Below are positions 9,551-20,063 of a DNA stretch of 64,000 nt, one piece after another. The stretch lies in the NCBI GenBank assembly GCA_035389185.1, contig DAOORK010000001.1, positions 695,419-759,418 on the forward strand, in the 5' to 3' direction. How positions within the stretch are numbered: position 1 is the stretch's first letter; each line of letters starts with the position of its first letter. The position numbers and the translations under genes are program-made. This DNA is from Candidatus Woesebacteria bacterium (GTDB lineage: Bacteria > Patescibacteriota > Microgenomatia > UBA1400 > MFAQ01). The notes beneath the pieces are model-generated. The model saw only the letters and a list, made by a program, of their open reading frames with translations. It was not told the origin of the DNA and searched no databases.

Positions 9551-11419
9551 ATGGAAACAAAAAAAGTAGAGTTCAAGTTTAATCTTAATTTACGTCGATT
9601 ATTGGTTTGGTTTCTTATTTTGTTTTTATTTGTACCTTACGTTATTAATTTTCTACTCGGATCAACCGGGGCGGTAACTGAGCTTCCACTATCATCTGCA
9701 ATTTCCGAGATAAAAGCCGGAAAAGTAGAGTCGGTGGAAATTAGAGGAGATGAGTTGGTATTGGTTTACCCTAAAAATGATGAAGGTAAACAGGTAGTTG
9801 GGACTTCCAGAAAAGAAGAAGGAGCAAGTTTTATGGAAGAGTTGCAAAAGGCTGGTGTTGATGAAAGTAAAGTAAAAGTATCGGTTTTATCTCAGGATTT
9901 TAGTAAGGCGTTTTGGAATATTGCCTCTTTGGTTTTACCGATTGCCGGTTTTGGTTTATTGATGTTTTTTATTATGCGTCGTCAAGGAGGAGGGGGAGAC
10001 GTCTTTGGAATAGGCAAGAGCAAAGCTAAGTTATTTTCGAAAGGTAAACAAAACATAAAATTCAAAGATGTAGCTGGTGTTGATGAGGCCAAAAAGGAGT
10101 TAGAGGAAGTGGTTGATTTTCTTAAGAATCCGAAAAAATACGACGATTTGGGAGCACGTACTCCGAAGGGAGTATTGCTGACAGGTCCTTCAGGAGTCGG
10201 AAAAACATTAATGGCCAGAGCGGTAGCCGGGGAGGCTGGAGTACCATTTTTCTCGATGGCCGGTTCAGAGTTTATGGAGATGTTGGTGGGTGTAGGTGCC
10301 AGCCGTGTACGTGACTTGTTTGATACGGCAAAAAAAGCGGCTCCAGCAATTATTTTTATTGATGAAGTTGATGCAATTGGCAGAACGAGAGGGGTTAGCG
10401 GAGGAATGGGTGGACATGATGAGAGGGAACAGACTTTGAATCAGATTTTGGTGGAGATGGACGGTTTTACTCAAACAGATAATGTAGTGGTGATTGCCGC
10501 GACAAACAGGCCAGACGTGTTGGACCCAGCTTTGGTACGTCCAGGGCGTTTTGATAGGAGAGTTAACTTAGATTTACCAGATATTGCGGGAAGAAAAGCA
10601 ATTATCGAGATTCATCGTAAAGGAAAGCCATATGTGAAGAGACTGAATTGGAATAAAGTGGCTGAGAGTACGGTGGGTTTTTCCGGAGCCGAGCTGGAGA
10701 ATATGTTAAATGAATCAGCGATATTGGCGGCAAGAGACAATCGCAAAGAAATTCAAATGAAAGATATCGAAGAAGCAGCAATGAAGGTGAAAATGGGACC
10801 GGAAAAAAAGAGACTGCAGTCTGAACTGGAGAGAAAAATGACAGCATATCACGAGGCTGGACACGCTTTGGTAGGTCACTTATTGCCGGGAACAGATCCG
10901 ATTCACAGATTGTCGATTGTATCTCGAGGAATGGCTTTAGGTTTTACGATGAGCAGACCAAAAACAGATAAGTACCAACAGACAATGACTGAACTTTTGG
11001 ACGAGATTGCAATGTCTTTGGGAGGTAGAGCGGCAGAAAAGATCATTTTTAATGAGCTGACGGCTGGAGCTGCAAGTGATATTGAGAGAGCTACGATGCT
11101 TGCCCGCCGAATGGTAGTGGACTTTGGTATGAGTGAGTTGGGACCTGTAGCCATGGGACAGATGATGGAGGTGAATGACTGGGGATTTTCATATGGTGAT
11201 TCCGTAAGATTGTCAGAATTGACTCAAGCAAAAGTAGACAATGAAATCAAGAAGTTGGTGGATGGAGGATACCGAAGGGCGGAAACGATTTTGAGGGCTA
11301 ACAGAAAAGCCTTGGATAAGGTGGTGAATAGCCTGATGAAGGTGGAGACTCTCGAACAGGAACAATTTGAGAAATTGGTGGGGAAACCAAAGGCTTCTTT
11401 TGAAAAAAAGACAAAATGA
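9551..11419 (+). CDS. ftsH: ATP-dependent zinc metalloprotease FtsH
   Basis: Two TM helices, [25 protein letters not shown] zinc motif. Confidence 0.97.
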   Translation: METKKVEFKFNLNLRRLLVWFLILFLFVPYVINFLLGSTGAVTELPLSSAISEIKAGKVESVEIRGDELVLVYPKNDEGKQVVGTSRKEEGASFMEELQKAGVDESKVKVSVLSQDFSKAFWNIASLVLPIAGFGLLMFFIMRRQGGGGDVFGIGKSKAKLFSKGKQNIKFKDVAGVDEAKKELEEVVDFLKNPKKYDDLGARTPKGVLLTGPSGVGKTLMARAVAGEAGVPFFSMAGSEFMEMLVGVGASRVRDLFDTAKKAAPAIIFIDEVDAIGRTRGVSGGMGGHDEREQTLNQILVEMDGFTQTDNVVVIAATNRPDVLDPALVRPGRFDRRVNLDLPDIAGRKAIIEIHRKGKPYVKRLNWNKVAESTVGFSGAELENMLNESAILAARDNRKEIQMKDIEEAAMKVKMGPEKKRLQSELERKMTAYHEAGHALVGHLLPGTDPIHRLSIVSRGMALGFTMSRPKTDKYQQTMTELLDEIAMSLGGRAAEKIIFNELTAGAASDIERATMLARRMVVDFGMSELGPVAMGQMMEVNDWGFSYGDSVRLSELTQAKVDNEIKKLVDGGYRRAETILRANRKALDKVVNSLMKVETLEQEQFEKLVGKPKASFEKKTK

Positions 11420-12336
11420 GGAAACTGATTCTTATTGACGGAAACTCACTATTACATAGGGCATACCACGCTTTCCCTCCAACACTTACTACAGCAAAAG
11501 GAGAATTAATTAATGCGGTCTATGGATTTTCGGCGATGTTATTAACAATACTGGAGAAACTTGGACCAACGCATGTAGCCGTTGCTTGGGACGTTAAGGG
11601 GCCGACATTTAGGAAGGTAGAGTATGTTGAGTACAAAGCGCAACGTGCTCCCATGGATGATGAACTGGCTACTCAGATAGATAGAACAAAAGAAGTGGTA
11701 TCTGTGTTGAATATTCCCCAGTTTGGAATCGAAGGATATGAAGGAGATGATGTTATCGGAACGTTGGCCAGGCAAGCAACCGATGAAAAAAAAGAGAAAG
11801 ATACACAAGTAGTGATAGTGACGGCAGATAGAGATGCACTTCAATTAATTAAAGAGAAACAAATTGTGGTCTATTTACCGATTCAAAACAAAGCGTCGAT
11901 GGCTGTAGTCTTTGATGAAGATAAAGTAATGGAGACTTATGGATTTAGACCAAAACGAATCGTGGACTTGAAAAGTTTGATGGGAGATTCTTCCGACAAT
12001 ATTCCCGGGGTTAAGGGAATCGGAAAAGTGACGGCAACTAAACTGATTCTGAACTTTGAAAGTTTGGATGGAGTGTATAAAAATATTGACAGTAAAAAAA
12101 TAAGTAAGAGAGTTCGTGAAATGTTAATAGCAGACAAGGAAATGGCTTATCAAAGTTACAAACTGGCGGAGATTAACAAAGAAGCACCATTGAAAATTAA
12201 TTGGGAAGATTGTCTGCTGACTAACTATAATAAAAATAAAGCCATGGAGCTTTTTAAGGAATTAAGCTTTAATAGCTTAATTGCTCGTTTACCAAAAGAT
12301 TCTTGGGAAAAAGAAACAGAAGAGATATTTTTATGA
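11416..12336 (+). CDS. Stand-alone 5'-3' exonuclease/flap endonuclease (DNA polymerase I N-terminal domain)
   Basis: LIDGNSLLHRAYHA, YKAQR, EGDDVIGT, GDSSDNIPGVKGIG; no polymerase domain. Confidence 0.92.
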   Translation: MRKLILIDGNSLLHRAYHAFPPTLTTAKGELINAVYGFSAMLLTILEKLGPTHVAVAWDVKGPTFRKVEYVEYKAQRAPMDDELATQIDRTKEVVSVLNIPQFGIEGYEGDDVIGTLARQATDEKKEKDTQVVIVTADRDALQLIKEKQIVVYLPIQNKASMAVVFDEDKVMETYGFRPKRIVDLKSLMGDSSDNIPGVKGIGKVTATKLILNFESLDGVYKNIDSKKISKRVREMLIADKEMAYQSYKLAEINKEAPLKINWEDCLLTNYNKNKAMELFKELSFNSLIARLPKDSWEKETEEIFL

Positions 12337-13436
12337 AAATTGCATTAGTACACGACTTTATAAAAGAGTTTGGGGGAGCAGAGAGAGTACTCCGTGTATT
12401 GGCAGATATGTTTCCGGATGCACCGATTTACACTGCCTTTCGGGTTAAGGGATCAAGCTGTGATAAAAAGTTTGCCGATAGAAAAATTGTGGAGAGCAAA
12501 TATGGTTGGCTCTTGAAAAGAGGGAACTTGTATAGTCCTTTGAGATTTTTGGCCCCTTGGGTTTGGAAGTCTTTGGACTTGTCGGGGTACGATATGGTGA
12601 TTACTTCATGCTCCTCGTATTTTGCTAGAGGTTTTAAGGTGAGACCGGAAACAAAAGTAGTGGCTTATTGCCACACACCTCCACGGTTTTTGTATGGATT
12701 TGAAATGAGCATTAATTTGATGAAGTACTGGCCAGTACGTGTTTACGCAGTGGTGGTAAACCATTTCTTGAGAATATTTGATTTGAGTTCTTCGGAAAGA
12801 GTGAATAAGTGGCTAGTGAATTCAAAGAATGTTCAACAGAGAGTGTGGAAGTATTACCGGAAAGATTCAGTAGTTGTGTACCCTCCGGTAGAAGTGGAAA
12901 AATTGATCGAAGTAAGTAAGGGAGTGGAAAAAGAGGATTATTTTTTAATTGTATCCAGGTTAGTGGGGGCAAAAGGATTAGTAGAAGCTGCCAAAGCAGC
13001 GAGACACTTGAAATTTCCATTAAAAATTGTGGGGGAGGCGGTTGGCTTTTCTCAGGTTGAAAATCAATTGAAGTCGATTGAAGGTGTCGAGTTACTGGGT
13101 GCAGTCGACGATGATAGATTAAAACAGTTGTATGCAAGAGCAAAAGGTTTCATCGCTCTTGCTAAGGAAGAAGATTTTGGAATTACTCCAGTTGAAGCAA
13201 TGGCTTCGGGAACACCGGTAATTGCATTTAAAGGAGGAGGGTTCAAGGAGACGGTTGTTGATGGGGAAACTGGTGTTTTTGTTGAAGGGACAGATGTAAA
13301 AACGCTTGAAGAGGCAATACGTCGCTTTAATAAAGTAAAGTGGGAGAAAAATAGATTGGTTGACAGAGCAAGACTGTTCTCAAAAGAAAAATTTATTAAG
13401 AGGATCAAGGAAGAAATCAAGAAAGTAAATGCCTGA
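12333..13436 (+). CDS. Glycosyltransferase family 4
   Basis: MKIALVHD...GGAERV, YCHTPPR, EDFGITPVEAMASGTPV; start placed at ATG 12333. Confidence 0.92.
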   Translation: MKIALVHDFIKEFGGAERVLRVLADMFPDAPIYTAFRVKGSSCDKKFADRKIVESKYGWLLKRGNLYSPLRFLAPWVWKSLDLSGYDMVITSCSSYFARGFKVRPETKVVAYCHTPPRFLYGFEMSINLMKYWPVRVYAVVVNHFLRIFDLSSSERVNKWLVNSKNVQQRVWKYYRKDSVVVYPPVEVEKLIEVSKGVEKEDYFLIVSRLVGAKGLVEAAKAARHLKFPLKIVGEAVGFSQVENQLKSIEGVELLGAVDDDRLKQLYARAKGFIALAKEEDFGITPVEAMASGTPVIAFKGGGFKETVVDGETGVFVEGTDVKTLEEAIRRFNKVKWEKNRLVDRARLFSKEKFIKRIKEEIKKVNA

Positions 13437-14277
13437 ATTGCCGGAAGTGGAGACAGTTCGTCGTCAGTTGAGTGAGACTTTGATTGGAAAAAAAATTAAA
13501 AAAATTGAGGTATCTAGGACGAAAAGTTTTAATGGAGACCCCGACAAACTAATTGATTGGCAAGTGGAAAAAGTGGGGAGAAAAGCAAAAATTATCGAGA
13601 TTTATTTTAAAAATAAAAAAGATATGCTGATTGTTCATCTGAAGATGACTGGTCAGTTGGTTTTTGTGGATGGGGACAAGAGAGTTGTGGGAGGCCATCC
13701 GACAGCGGACTGGGTAAAGGATTTGCCAAGCAAACATACAAGAGTGACGATTGGTTTTGTTGATGGAAGCAGCCTATTTTTTAATGACATGAGAGTGTTT
13801 GGCTGGATTAAGTTAACAAACAAAGAAAAGTATGAAAAGGGAATAAAGAGTATGGCTCCTGATGTTACAGAAAATGAATTTTCTTTGGATTATTTAAGTA
13901 AAATCTTAAAAAATTCAAGAAGGGCGATAAAGCTGATATTGATGGACCAGACGAAAATTGGAGGTGTTGGAAACATATATGCAAATGATGCACTTTATTT
14001 AGCTAAAGTGAGGCCGGATAGGAAAGCAAACAGCCTAACCAGTAAGGAAACAAAGAAGATTTATGAAGGTGTAAAAGAAGTAATTGCTAAGGGGATAAAA
14101 TACGGTGGTGCAAGCGCGGCAAATTATGTGGATACGAAAGGTATGGGAGGAACTTATCAAGATCATTTTCTGGTTTATAAAAAAGAGGGACAAAGATGTA
14201 AAAAGTGTGGCGAAAAAATCCAAAAAATTAAAATTGGTGGACGGGGGACTTTTTATTGTCCGGTTTGTCAAAAGTAA
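13429..14277 (+). CDS. mutM: Formamidopyrimidine-DNA glycosylase
   Basis: MPELPEVE N-terminus, HLKMTG, GVGNIYA, C-terminal Zn finger RGTFYCPVCQ. Confidence 0.96.
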   Translation: MPELPEVETVRRQLSETLIGKKIKKIEVSRTKSFNGDPDKLIDWQVEKVGRKAKIIEIYFKNKKDMLIVHLKMTGQLVFVDGDKRVVGGHPTADWVKDLPSKHTRVTIGFVDGSSLFFNDMRVFGWIKLTNKEKYEKGIKSMAPDVTENEFSLDYLSKILKNSRRAIKLILMDQTKIGGVGNIYANDALYLAKVRPDRKANSLTSKETKKIYEGVKEVIAKGIKYGGASAANYVDTKGMGGTYQDHFLVYKKEGQRCKKCGEKIQKIKIGGRGTFYCPVCQK

Positions 14278-14301
14278 ACAGGGTTACGGTACAATATACG
14301 C

Positions 14302-15351
14302 GTGGGATTGACAAACATTACATTATCCGATTTTAGGAATTACGAGAACAAAACTTTGGAATTTTCTAATGGAGTGACTGTAATAGCCGGGGAAAACGCC
14401 AAGGGGAAAACAAATGCATTGGAAGCGATTTATTTATTGGGAGTGGGTGAAAGTTTTAGAGCAAAGCGGACTGAAGAGATGGTGCGTTTTGGTCAGGAGT
14501 TAGGAAGGGTGTCTGGAGAGGTGGAGACGGCAAAGAACGAGACGATAGATCTGGAGGTAATTGTTAACGGGGGGATAGTGATGGGGAGAATTGTTAATAA
14601 AAGGAAGTATTTAGTTGATGGTGTGTCGAAAAGAAGAAAAGATATTCTGGGACTATTACCCTTGGTATTGTTTCGGCCTGAGGATGTGGATCTTATTAGC
14701 GGATCACCGGACATAAGAAGGAAATTTTTGGATCGACTTTTGATTCAGGTCGATAGAAGTTATGAACATAGTCTGACGACATACGATCAAGCCTTACGAA
14801 GAAGAAATAAAATTTTAGATGCCATAAGAGAGGGTAGCGCCAGTCGTTATTCCTTGGCATTTTGGGATGGACTTTTAATTAAACATGGACAAGTGATTCA
14901 GGATAAGCGACGTGAATTAATCGATTATGTTAATGGTTTGTTTGAAAAAAGTGAGTTATTTAGGAAACTAAAGATAAATTACGATATGAGTGCCGTAAGT
15001 GAGACCAGATTGGCACAGTATGCGGATGCTGAAGTGGCAATTGGATATACCCTGGTTGGTCCTCATAAGGATGATTTTGCCGTGAAAGAAGGGACGAGAG
15101 ATTTATCTGTTTATGGTTCAAGAGGGGAACAAAGAATGGCTGTTTTGGCTTTAAAAATGGGTGAGATTTATTTTCTTGAAGAAAAGTCGGGAAAGAAAGC
15201 CACTTTGTTGCTGGATGATATTTTTTCCGAACTGGATGAAAATCATAAGCAGGAAGTGCTACGGGTTATGGAAGGAAGACAGGTGATAGTGACAACGGCA
15301 GATGAGGAAGATCTAAAGTTGTTTTCCGGAGCAAATAAAATTGAGCTTTAG
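14302..15351 (+). CDS. recF: DNA replication/repair protein RecF
   Basis: FRNY, GENAKGKTN, GPHKDD, GSRGEQR, LLLDDIFSELD. Confidence 0.94.
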   Translation: MGLTNITLSDFRNYENKTLEFSNGVTVIAGENAKGKTNALEAIYLLGVGESFRAKRTEEMVRFGQELGRVSGEVETAKNETIDLEVIVNGGIVMGRIVNKRKYLVDGVSKRRKDILGLLPLVLFRPEDVDLISGSPDIRRKFLDRLLIQVDRSYEHSLTTYDQALRRRNKILDAIREGSASRYSLAFWDGLLIKHGQVIQDKRRELIDYVNGLFEKSELFRKLKINYDMSAVSETRLAQYADAEVAIGYTLVGPHKDDFAVKEGTRDLSVYGSRGEQRMAVLALKMGEIYFLEEKSGKKATLLLDDIFSELDENHKQEVLRVMEGRQVIVTTADEEDLKLFSGANKIEL

Positions 15352-15614
15352 CGTGAACCGAGTCCTTTTTTGATTCTAGCCATTTGCAAGGCAACAACGA
15401 CAGTGATGGCGGTGATAAAAATGGCGTAAATAAAGAGTGAGATTACTCCTGATCCTTTGGCAAAGTAGGGTTTGATATAAACATCGACGTATTCGGTGAT
15501 GGCTTGGTTCCAAGCAAGGGCGGCGACCAGACCGAGCGCTGATGAGACAAGAGTGAGGGTTTGGATAGCGATTTCTTGGGAAAGTTTGTTAACCTTCTTT
15601 TTTGCAGGTTTCAT
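15348..15614 (-). CDS. Small two-TM membrane protein (DUF5654-like)
   Basis: ALGLVAALAWN motif; TAAACT 6 nt before the ATG. Confidence 0.75.
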   Translation of the reverse strand: MKPAKKKVNKLSQEIAIQTLTLVSSALGLVAALAWNQAITEYVDVYIKPYFAKGSGVISLFIYAIFITAITVVVALQMARIKKGLGSR

Positions 15615-15650
15615 GAGGACAGTTTAGCATATTGACGATATACTGTTGGT

Positions 15651-16505
15651 ATGAAGATGAAGATATTTACAGAGAAGGACATGGCGGAATCTAAAACATT
15701 TAAGGAGATTGGAGATAAATACTCTGCCGGTCAAGTGACAATAATCGGCGGAAGTAGATTGTTCCATGGTGCTCCGGTGCTTGCATTGAAAGCGGCTTCC
15801 CGATTGGTGAGTATGACGTATTTTTCTACGCCTGACGAAAATAAAGGGGTAGCAGAAAAGATTAAAGCCTCCCTGTCGAGTTTTGTTTGGGTGGATAGAG
15901 ATGATGTGGAAAACTACATTGCAAAATCGGATGCTGTGTTGATTGGTCCTGGATTGATGAGGAGCCATGTCAAGGAGCAAGGTTTTGTATGCGACAGAGA
16001 AGGTGAAGAAACGAGGAATTTGAGCATGGCTTTATTTCGGAAGTTTGCCAACAAAAAATGGGTTGTTGATGGTGGTACTTTGCAAGTTGTGTCGGTAGAA
16101 GACATCCCAAAAGGGGCAATTATTACTCCAAACAGGAAGGAGTTTCAGATGTTGTTTGGAGAGATTCAGAGTGATAATGAAAAAGAAAGGGCGGAACAGG
16201 TCTTTCGTTTGGCTAAAAAGTGGGGCTTAGTCCTTTTGACAAAAGATGACGTATCGATTGCTAGTGATGGTAAAGATGTGTGGATGATTGGTGAAGGAAG
16301 TGAAGGGCTGGTAAAAGGAGGAATGGGGGATGTGATATCCGGATTGACAGTAGGACTCTTGGCAAAAAACGAACCATTGTATGCCGTGTGCGCGGCGTCA
16401 TTTTTGGCGAAGAAAGCGGCAAGAGAGTTGGCAGAGATACGCGGATTAATGTTTAATGCTGACGATTTGGCAGAAAAGATACCTGAGGTGTATAAGACAA
16501 AGTGA
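15651..16505 (+). CDS. nnrD: NAD(P)H-hydrate dehydratase (YjeF C-terminal/carbohydrate kinase fold)
   Basis: GQVTIIGGS..HGAP, IGPGL, ITPNRKEF, GGMGDVISG. Confidence 0.85.
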   Translation: MKMKIFTEKDMAESKTFKEIGDKYSAGQVTIIGGSRLFHGAPVLALKAASRLVSMTYFSTPDENKGVAEKIKASLSSFVWVDRDDVENYIAKSDAVLIGPGLMRSHVKEQGFVCDREGEETRNLSMALFRKFANKKWVVDGGTLQVVSVEDIPKGAIITPNRKEFQMLFGEIQSDNEKERAEQVFRLAKKWGLVLLTKDDVSIASDGKDVWMIGEGSEGLVKGGMGDVISGLTVGLLAKNEPLYAVCAASFLAKKAARELAEIRGLMFNADDLAEKIPEVYKTK

Positions 16506-16542
16506 AGTTGTTATTTTCCGCAGATGATGCGAAAATAATAGT

Positions 16543-17643
16543 GTGTTCAGCCCCAGATACATAGTTACAAATAAGACTCTAAGAAGTATTATTGAGTTTG
16601 AAAAAGCGTGCCTTGTGGTGAGTATGGCACCAATTCAGAACGAGTGGGAGTTGAAGCTAAAGCAGGAAGCTTTGGTGAGAAGAATAAACTCGGTTTTAAG
16701 ATTCACCGATAATCGTTTGGATGTAGATGATGTGGCAAAGATAGTAAAGGATGATCCGGGGAGAGATGACAAACCGACTCAGGTGGCTTTGCGATCTGGA
16801 GTGGTAGCTAAGGAAAAAGATTTACAAGCGGCTATTAACTGGCTTAACGCTAATAAGTTAATGGAACAGACGGCATATCTCTCGAAGAAATTTAAGCAAG
16901 GTGCTTTTGAGACAAAGGACCTGGAATCACTGAACTCTCTTTTGGGAGAAAGAATTGTTTTGTCGACTACGTTAGGAAAATACAGAGAGGAGTCGTGTGA
17001 CGATTTGAAAGAGTTGGCGTTTCCTCCTTCTGTGGAGGTGTCATACCAAATGGAAGATCTTTTTATTTGGTTTAAAGGAGCAGGAAAATTGGATACACAT
17101 CCTTTTATCAAAGCGGGGACAATGTTGTTTGAAATTTTAAGAATAAGACCATTTGTGGCAAACAATGTTTTGACAGGATTGCTTTTTTTCGACTTAATAT
17201 TGTTAAGTGAGGGGTTGGAAACGAAAGGTATGTTAGCAGTTGAAGAGGAAATCCTGAAGAATAAACAAAAGTTTGTCGAGATTGTTGGGACTACGATAGA
17301 GAGCGGTGATTTAACCGGTTGGTTTGAGTATTTGTCAGCAGCAATTTTTGCTTCAGCTGAAAAAACCAGAACGAAGGTACTTAACCTGGTTGGAGATGGA
17401 CCAATTTTCAAAACAGAGGCGGGGAAGGCAATATCTTTGTCGGAAAGACAGATTGCCATTATGGAAGAAATGACGATTCGCAACGAAATGACAATTAAAG
17501 AAATTAGAGCTGTTTTGCCAATGATTTCCGATGATACAATTTTGCGTGATTTGAAAGACTTGATGATAAAGAAATTGATTAGGAAAAAAGGAAAGACAAA
17601 AGGGGCGGTATATGTATTGGGGAAGGTGAAGGGGTTTAAATAA
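16543..17643 (+). CDS. Fic-fold protein with C-terminal DeoR-like HTH; catalytic motif degenerate
   Basis: HP..KA...F..IRPFVANNVLTG (cf. HPFxDGNGR); SDDTILRDLKDL HTH. Confidence 0.8.
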   Translation: MFSPRYIVTNKTLRSIIEFEKACLVVSMAPIQNEWELKLKQEALVRRINSVLRFTDNRLDVDDVAKIVKDDPGRDDKPTQVALRSGVVAKEKDLQAAINWLNANKLMEQTAYLSKKFKQGAFETKDLESLNSLLGERIVLSTTLGKYREESCDDLKELAFPPSVEVSYQMEDLFIWFKGAGKLDTHPFIKAGTMLFEILRIRPFVANNVLTGLLFFDLILLSEGLETKGMLAVEEEILKNKQKFVEIVGTTIESGDLTGWFEYLSAAIFASAEKTRTKVLNLVGDGPIFKTEAGKAISLSERQIAIMEEMTIRNEMTIKEIRAVLPMISDDTILRDLKDLMIKKLIRKKGKTKGAVYVLGKVKGFK

Positions 17644-17692
17644 TTTCTATTGATTATGCTCACAGGAGGAAGCTGTGGGTTACAATGTGATT

Positions 17693-19402
17693 ATGATATT
17701 TAAGGAATTTGCAGAGTACTTGGAAAAACTGGAGAAGATTTCATCGAGGTTGGCAATTACCGAGGTGTTGGCGGAGTTGATCGTAAAGATGAGTGTAAAG
17801 GAAACTGATAAAGGCATCTACTTGGTACTGGGACGTCTTGGGCCGGATTTTGATAATCAAGAGTTTGGAATGGCGACAAAAATGGTGTTGAGATCTGTAG
17901 CTATTGGTGTCGGGAAACCGGTTGAAGAAGTAACGAGAATGTATAAACAGAAAGGTGACTTGGGGGTGTTGGTTGAAGGAATGACTTTTGTTGAAGAAAG
18001 AAACACTAAGCCAACCATAGATATGGTTTATGATTTTTTGTTGGAAATGGCTAAGGATAATGGTCAGGGAAGTCAAGAAAGAAAAGTTAACGATTTGGTG
18101 GAGATATGGCAGAGAGTGAGTCCGTTAGAAAGGAAGTTTGTAGCAAGGATGGTTGTTGGGAAATTACGTCTCGGATTTTCGGCCAAAACAATTTTTGATG
18201 CACTATCTCAAATGGAAAGCGGAAGTAAAACCTTACGTAAAGAGTTGGATTCTGTATTTCAGATATACCCAGATCCTGGTCATATTACAGCGGTTGTTAA
18301 AGAGAAAGGAATGGATGGCTTGAAAGATATAAAAGTTGAGGTGGGAGTGCCAGTAGTGCCAGCACTATGTCAGAGACTTAACGAATATGATGAGATTGTA
18401 AGAAAGATGAAGGATCTAGTGGTTGAGAGAAAATATGATGGAACGAGGTTACAAATTCACTTTAATAGACTAAAGAATGAGATAAAAACATATACCAGGA
18501 ATCTGGAAGAGAATAGCTGGATGTTCCCTGAACTTGAGGAAATGGGGAAGTGGATTAAGGGCGATCAGGTGATCATGGATTGTGAGGCGGTTGGGTATGA
18601 CAAAAAAACACAAAAGGTAGTACCTTTCCAGTTGACGATGACCCGTAAACGAAAACACAATATTGGGAATGCTGCCGAAGCGGTGCCAATTAGATTTTTT
18701 ACTTTTGATATTTTGAACAAAGATGGCGAAAGCCTTATTAACAAGTCGTATTTTGAGAGAAGGAAAATATTGGCGGAAACGGTCAAAATTAACGACGTAA
18801 TTGTGGTGGACGAGTATGTAAGGGTGGATGAACCGAGTGAAGTGATGAAATATCATCGACAATATTTACTAGAGGGTTATGAGGGCGCAGTGATGAAGAT
18901 GTGGAATGGAAAATATCTTCCAGGTAGACAGGGATGGAATTGGGTGAAAATCAAGGAAGTAGAAGGGACTTCCGGAAAACTGTCAGATACCTTGGACTTG
19001 GTTGTTTTGGGATATTACTACGGAAGAGGAAAGAGAACCGGTTTTGGTATTGGAGCATTTTTGGTTGGTTTGATGAGAAATAATAAGTGGATATCTTTGG
19101 CAAAAATCGGCACAGGATTGACCGATGAAGAGTTCAAAACGTTGAGGACAAAATTGGATGGGATTGAGTTAAAAGAAAAACCTGAAGACTACGATGTTTC
19201 GGGAACACTTTTGGCTGATGTTTGGGTGGAACCAAAAATTGTGGTTGAAGTGGCGGCTGATGAGGTTACTCAAAGTTCGGTACATGCGGCGGGAATTGCT
19301 TTGAGATTTCCACGGCTTGTTAGATTTCGCGAAGATAAGGGGATTAATCAGACAACCACATGGAAAGAGGTTGAACAGATTGCCAAAATATCTAAAGGAT
19401 AA
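17693..19402 (+). CDS. ATP-dependent DNA ligase (archaeal/eukaryotic-type)
   Basis: ERKYDGTRLQIH adenylation motif, EGAVMK, WVKIK, LRFPR; TACAAT 6 nt before ATG 17693. Confidence 0.93.
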   Translation: MIFKEFAEYLEKLEKISSRLAITEVLAELIVKMSVKETDKGIYLVLGRLGPDFDNQEFGMATKMVLRSVAIGVGKPVEEVTRMYKQKGDLGVLVEGMTFVEERNTKPTIDMVYDFLLEMAKDNGQGSQERKVNDLVEIWQRVSPLERKFVARMVVGKLRLGFSAKTIFDALSQMESGSKTLRKELDSVFQIYPDPGHITAVVKEKGMDGLKDIKVEVGVPVVPALCQRLNEYDEIVRKMKDLVVERKYDGTRLQIHFNRLKNEIKTYTRNLEENSWMFPELEEMGKWIKGDQVIMDCEAVGYDKKTQKVVPFQLTMTRKRKHNIGNAAEAVPIRFFTFDILNKDGESLINKSYFERRKILAETVKINDVIVVDEYVRVDEPSEVMKYHRQYLLEGYEGAVMKMWNGKYLPGRQGWNWVKIKEVEGTSGKLSDTLDLVVLGYYYGRGKRTGFGIGAFLVGLMRNNKWISLAKIGTGLTDEEFKTLRTKLDGIELKEKPEDYDVSGTLLADVWVEPKIVVEVAADEVTQSSVHAAGIALRFPRLVRFREDKGINQTTTWKEVEQIAKISKG

Positions 19403-19413
19403 GGTATTATTGA

Positions 19414-20049
19414 ATGATGGAAATCGTTAAATACATTATAGATTTGTTTTTGCATGTTGATAAAAATTTGGTTGCGATAATTTCACAATACGGAACTTTG
19501 ACTTATGGTTTATTGTTCTTTGTGATCTTTATGGAAACTGGTTTGGTAGTGACTCCTTTTTTACCTGGGGATTCGCTACTATTCGCCGCAGGTGCTTTGG
19601 CGGCGATGGGATCGATGAAAATTGGACTCTTGTTTTTATTGATGGTCGTGGCGGCTATTTTGGGAGATACAGTAAATTATTGGATTGGACATAAAATTGG
19701 GCGAGGGGTGTTTGAAAAAGGAAGTAGATTTTTCAAAAAAGAATATTTGGAAGAGGCGGAAGCTTTTTATGCAAAACACGGAGGTGCAGCAATCTTTTTG
19801 GGTCGTTTTGTACCGATAGTAAGAACTTTTGTTCCGTTTGTGGCTGGAGTAAGTGAGATGAGCTACAAACACTTTATTACCTACAATATCGTTGGTGGAC
19901 TGTCTTGGGTAACACTTTTTTTGATGGGTGGATTTCTGTTTGGCAATATTCCTTTTGTTAAGGAAAATTTCCATTATGTGGTTGTGTTGATTGTTTTGAT
20001 TTCGGTGGTACCAATTCTTTGGGGGGTGATAAAAAAGAGGAAGAAGTGA
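19414..20049 (+). CDS. DedA family membrane protein
   Basis: ETGLVVTPFLPGDSLLFAAG, RFVPIVRTF. Confidence 0.93.
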   Translation: MMEIVKYIIDLFLHVDKNLVAIISQYGTLTYGLLFFVIFMETGLVVTPFLPGDSLLFAAGALAAMGSMKIGLLFLLMVVAAILGDTVNYWIGHKIGRGVFEKGSRFFKKEYLEEAEAFYAKHGGAAIFLGRFVPIVRTFVPFVAGVSEMSYKHFITYNIVGGLSWVTLFLMGGFLFGNIPFVKENFHYVVVLIVLISVVPILWGVIKKRKK

Positions 20050-20063
20050 TGCTAAAATGAGTT

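Noticed and set aside
16779-17663. 294-aa antisense ORF (and many other 60-190 aa minus-strand ORFs)
   Set aside because: Shadows of real plus-strand genes caused by codon bias; no motifs or expression signals.
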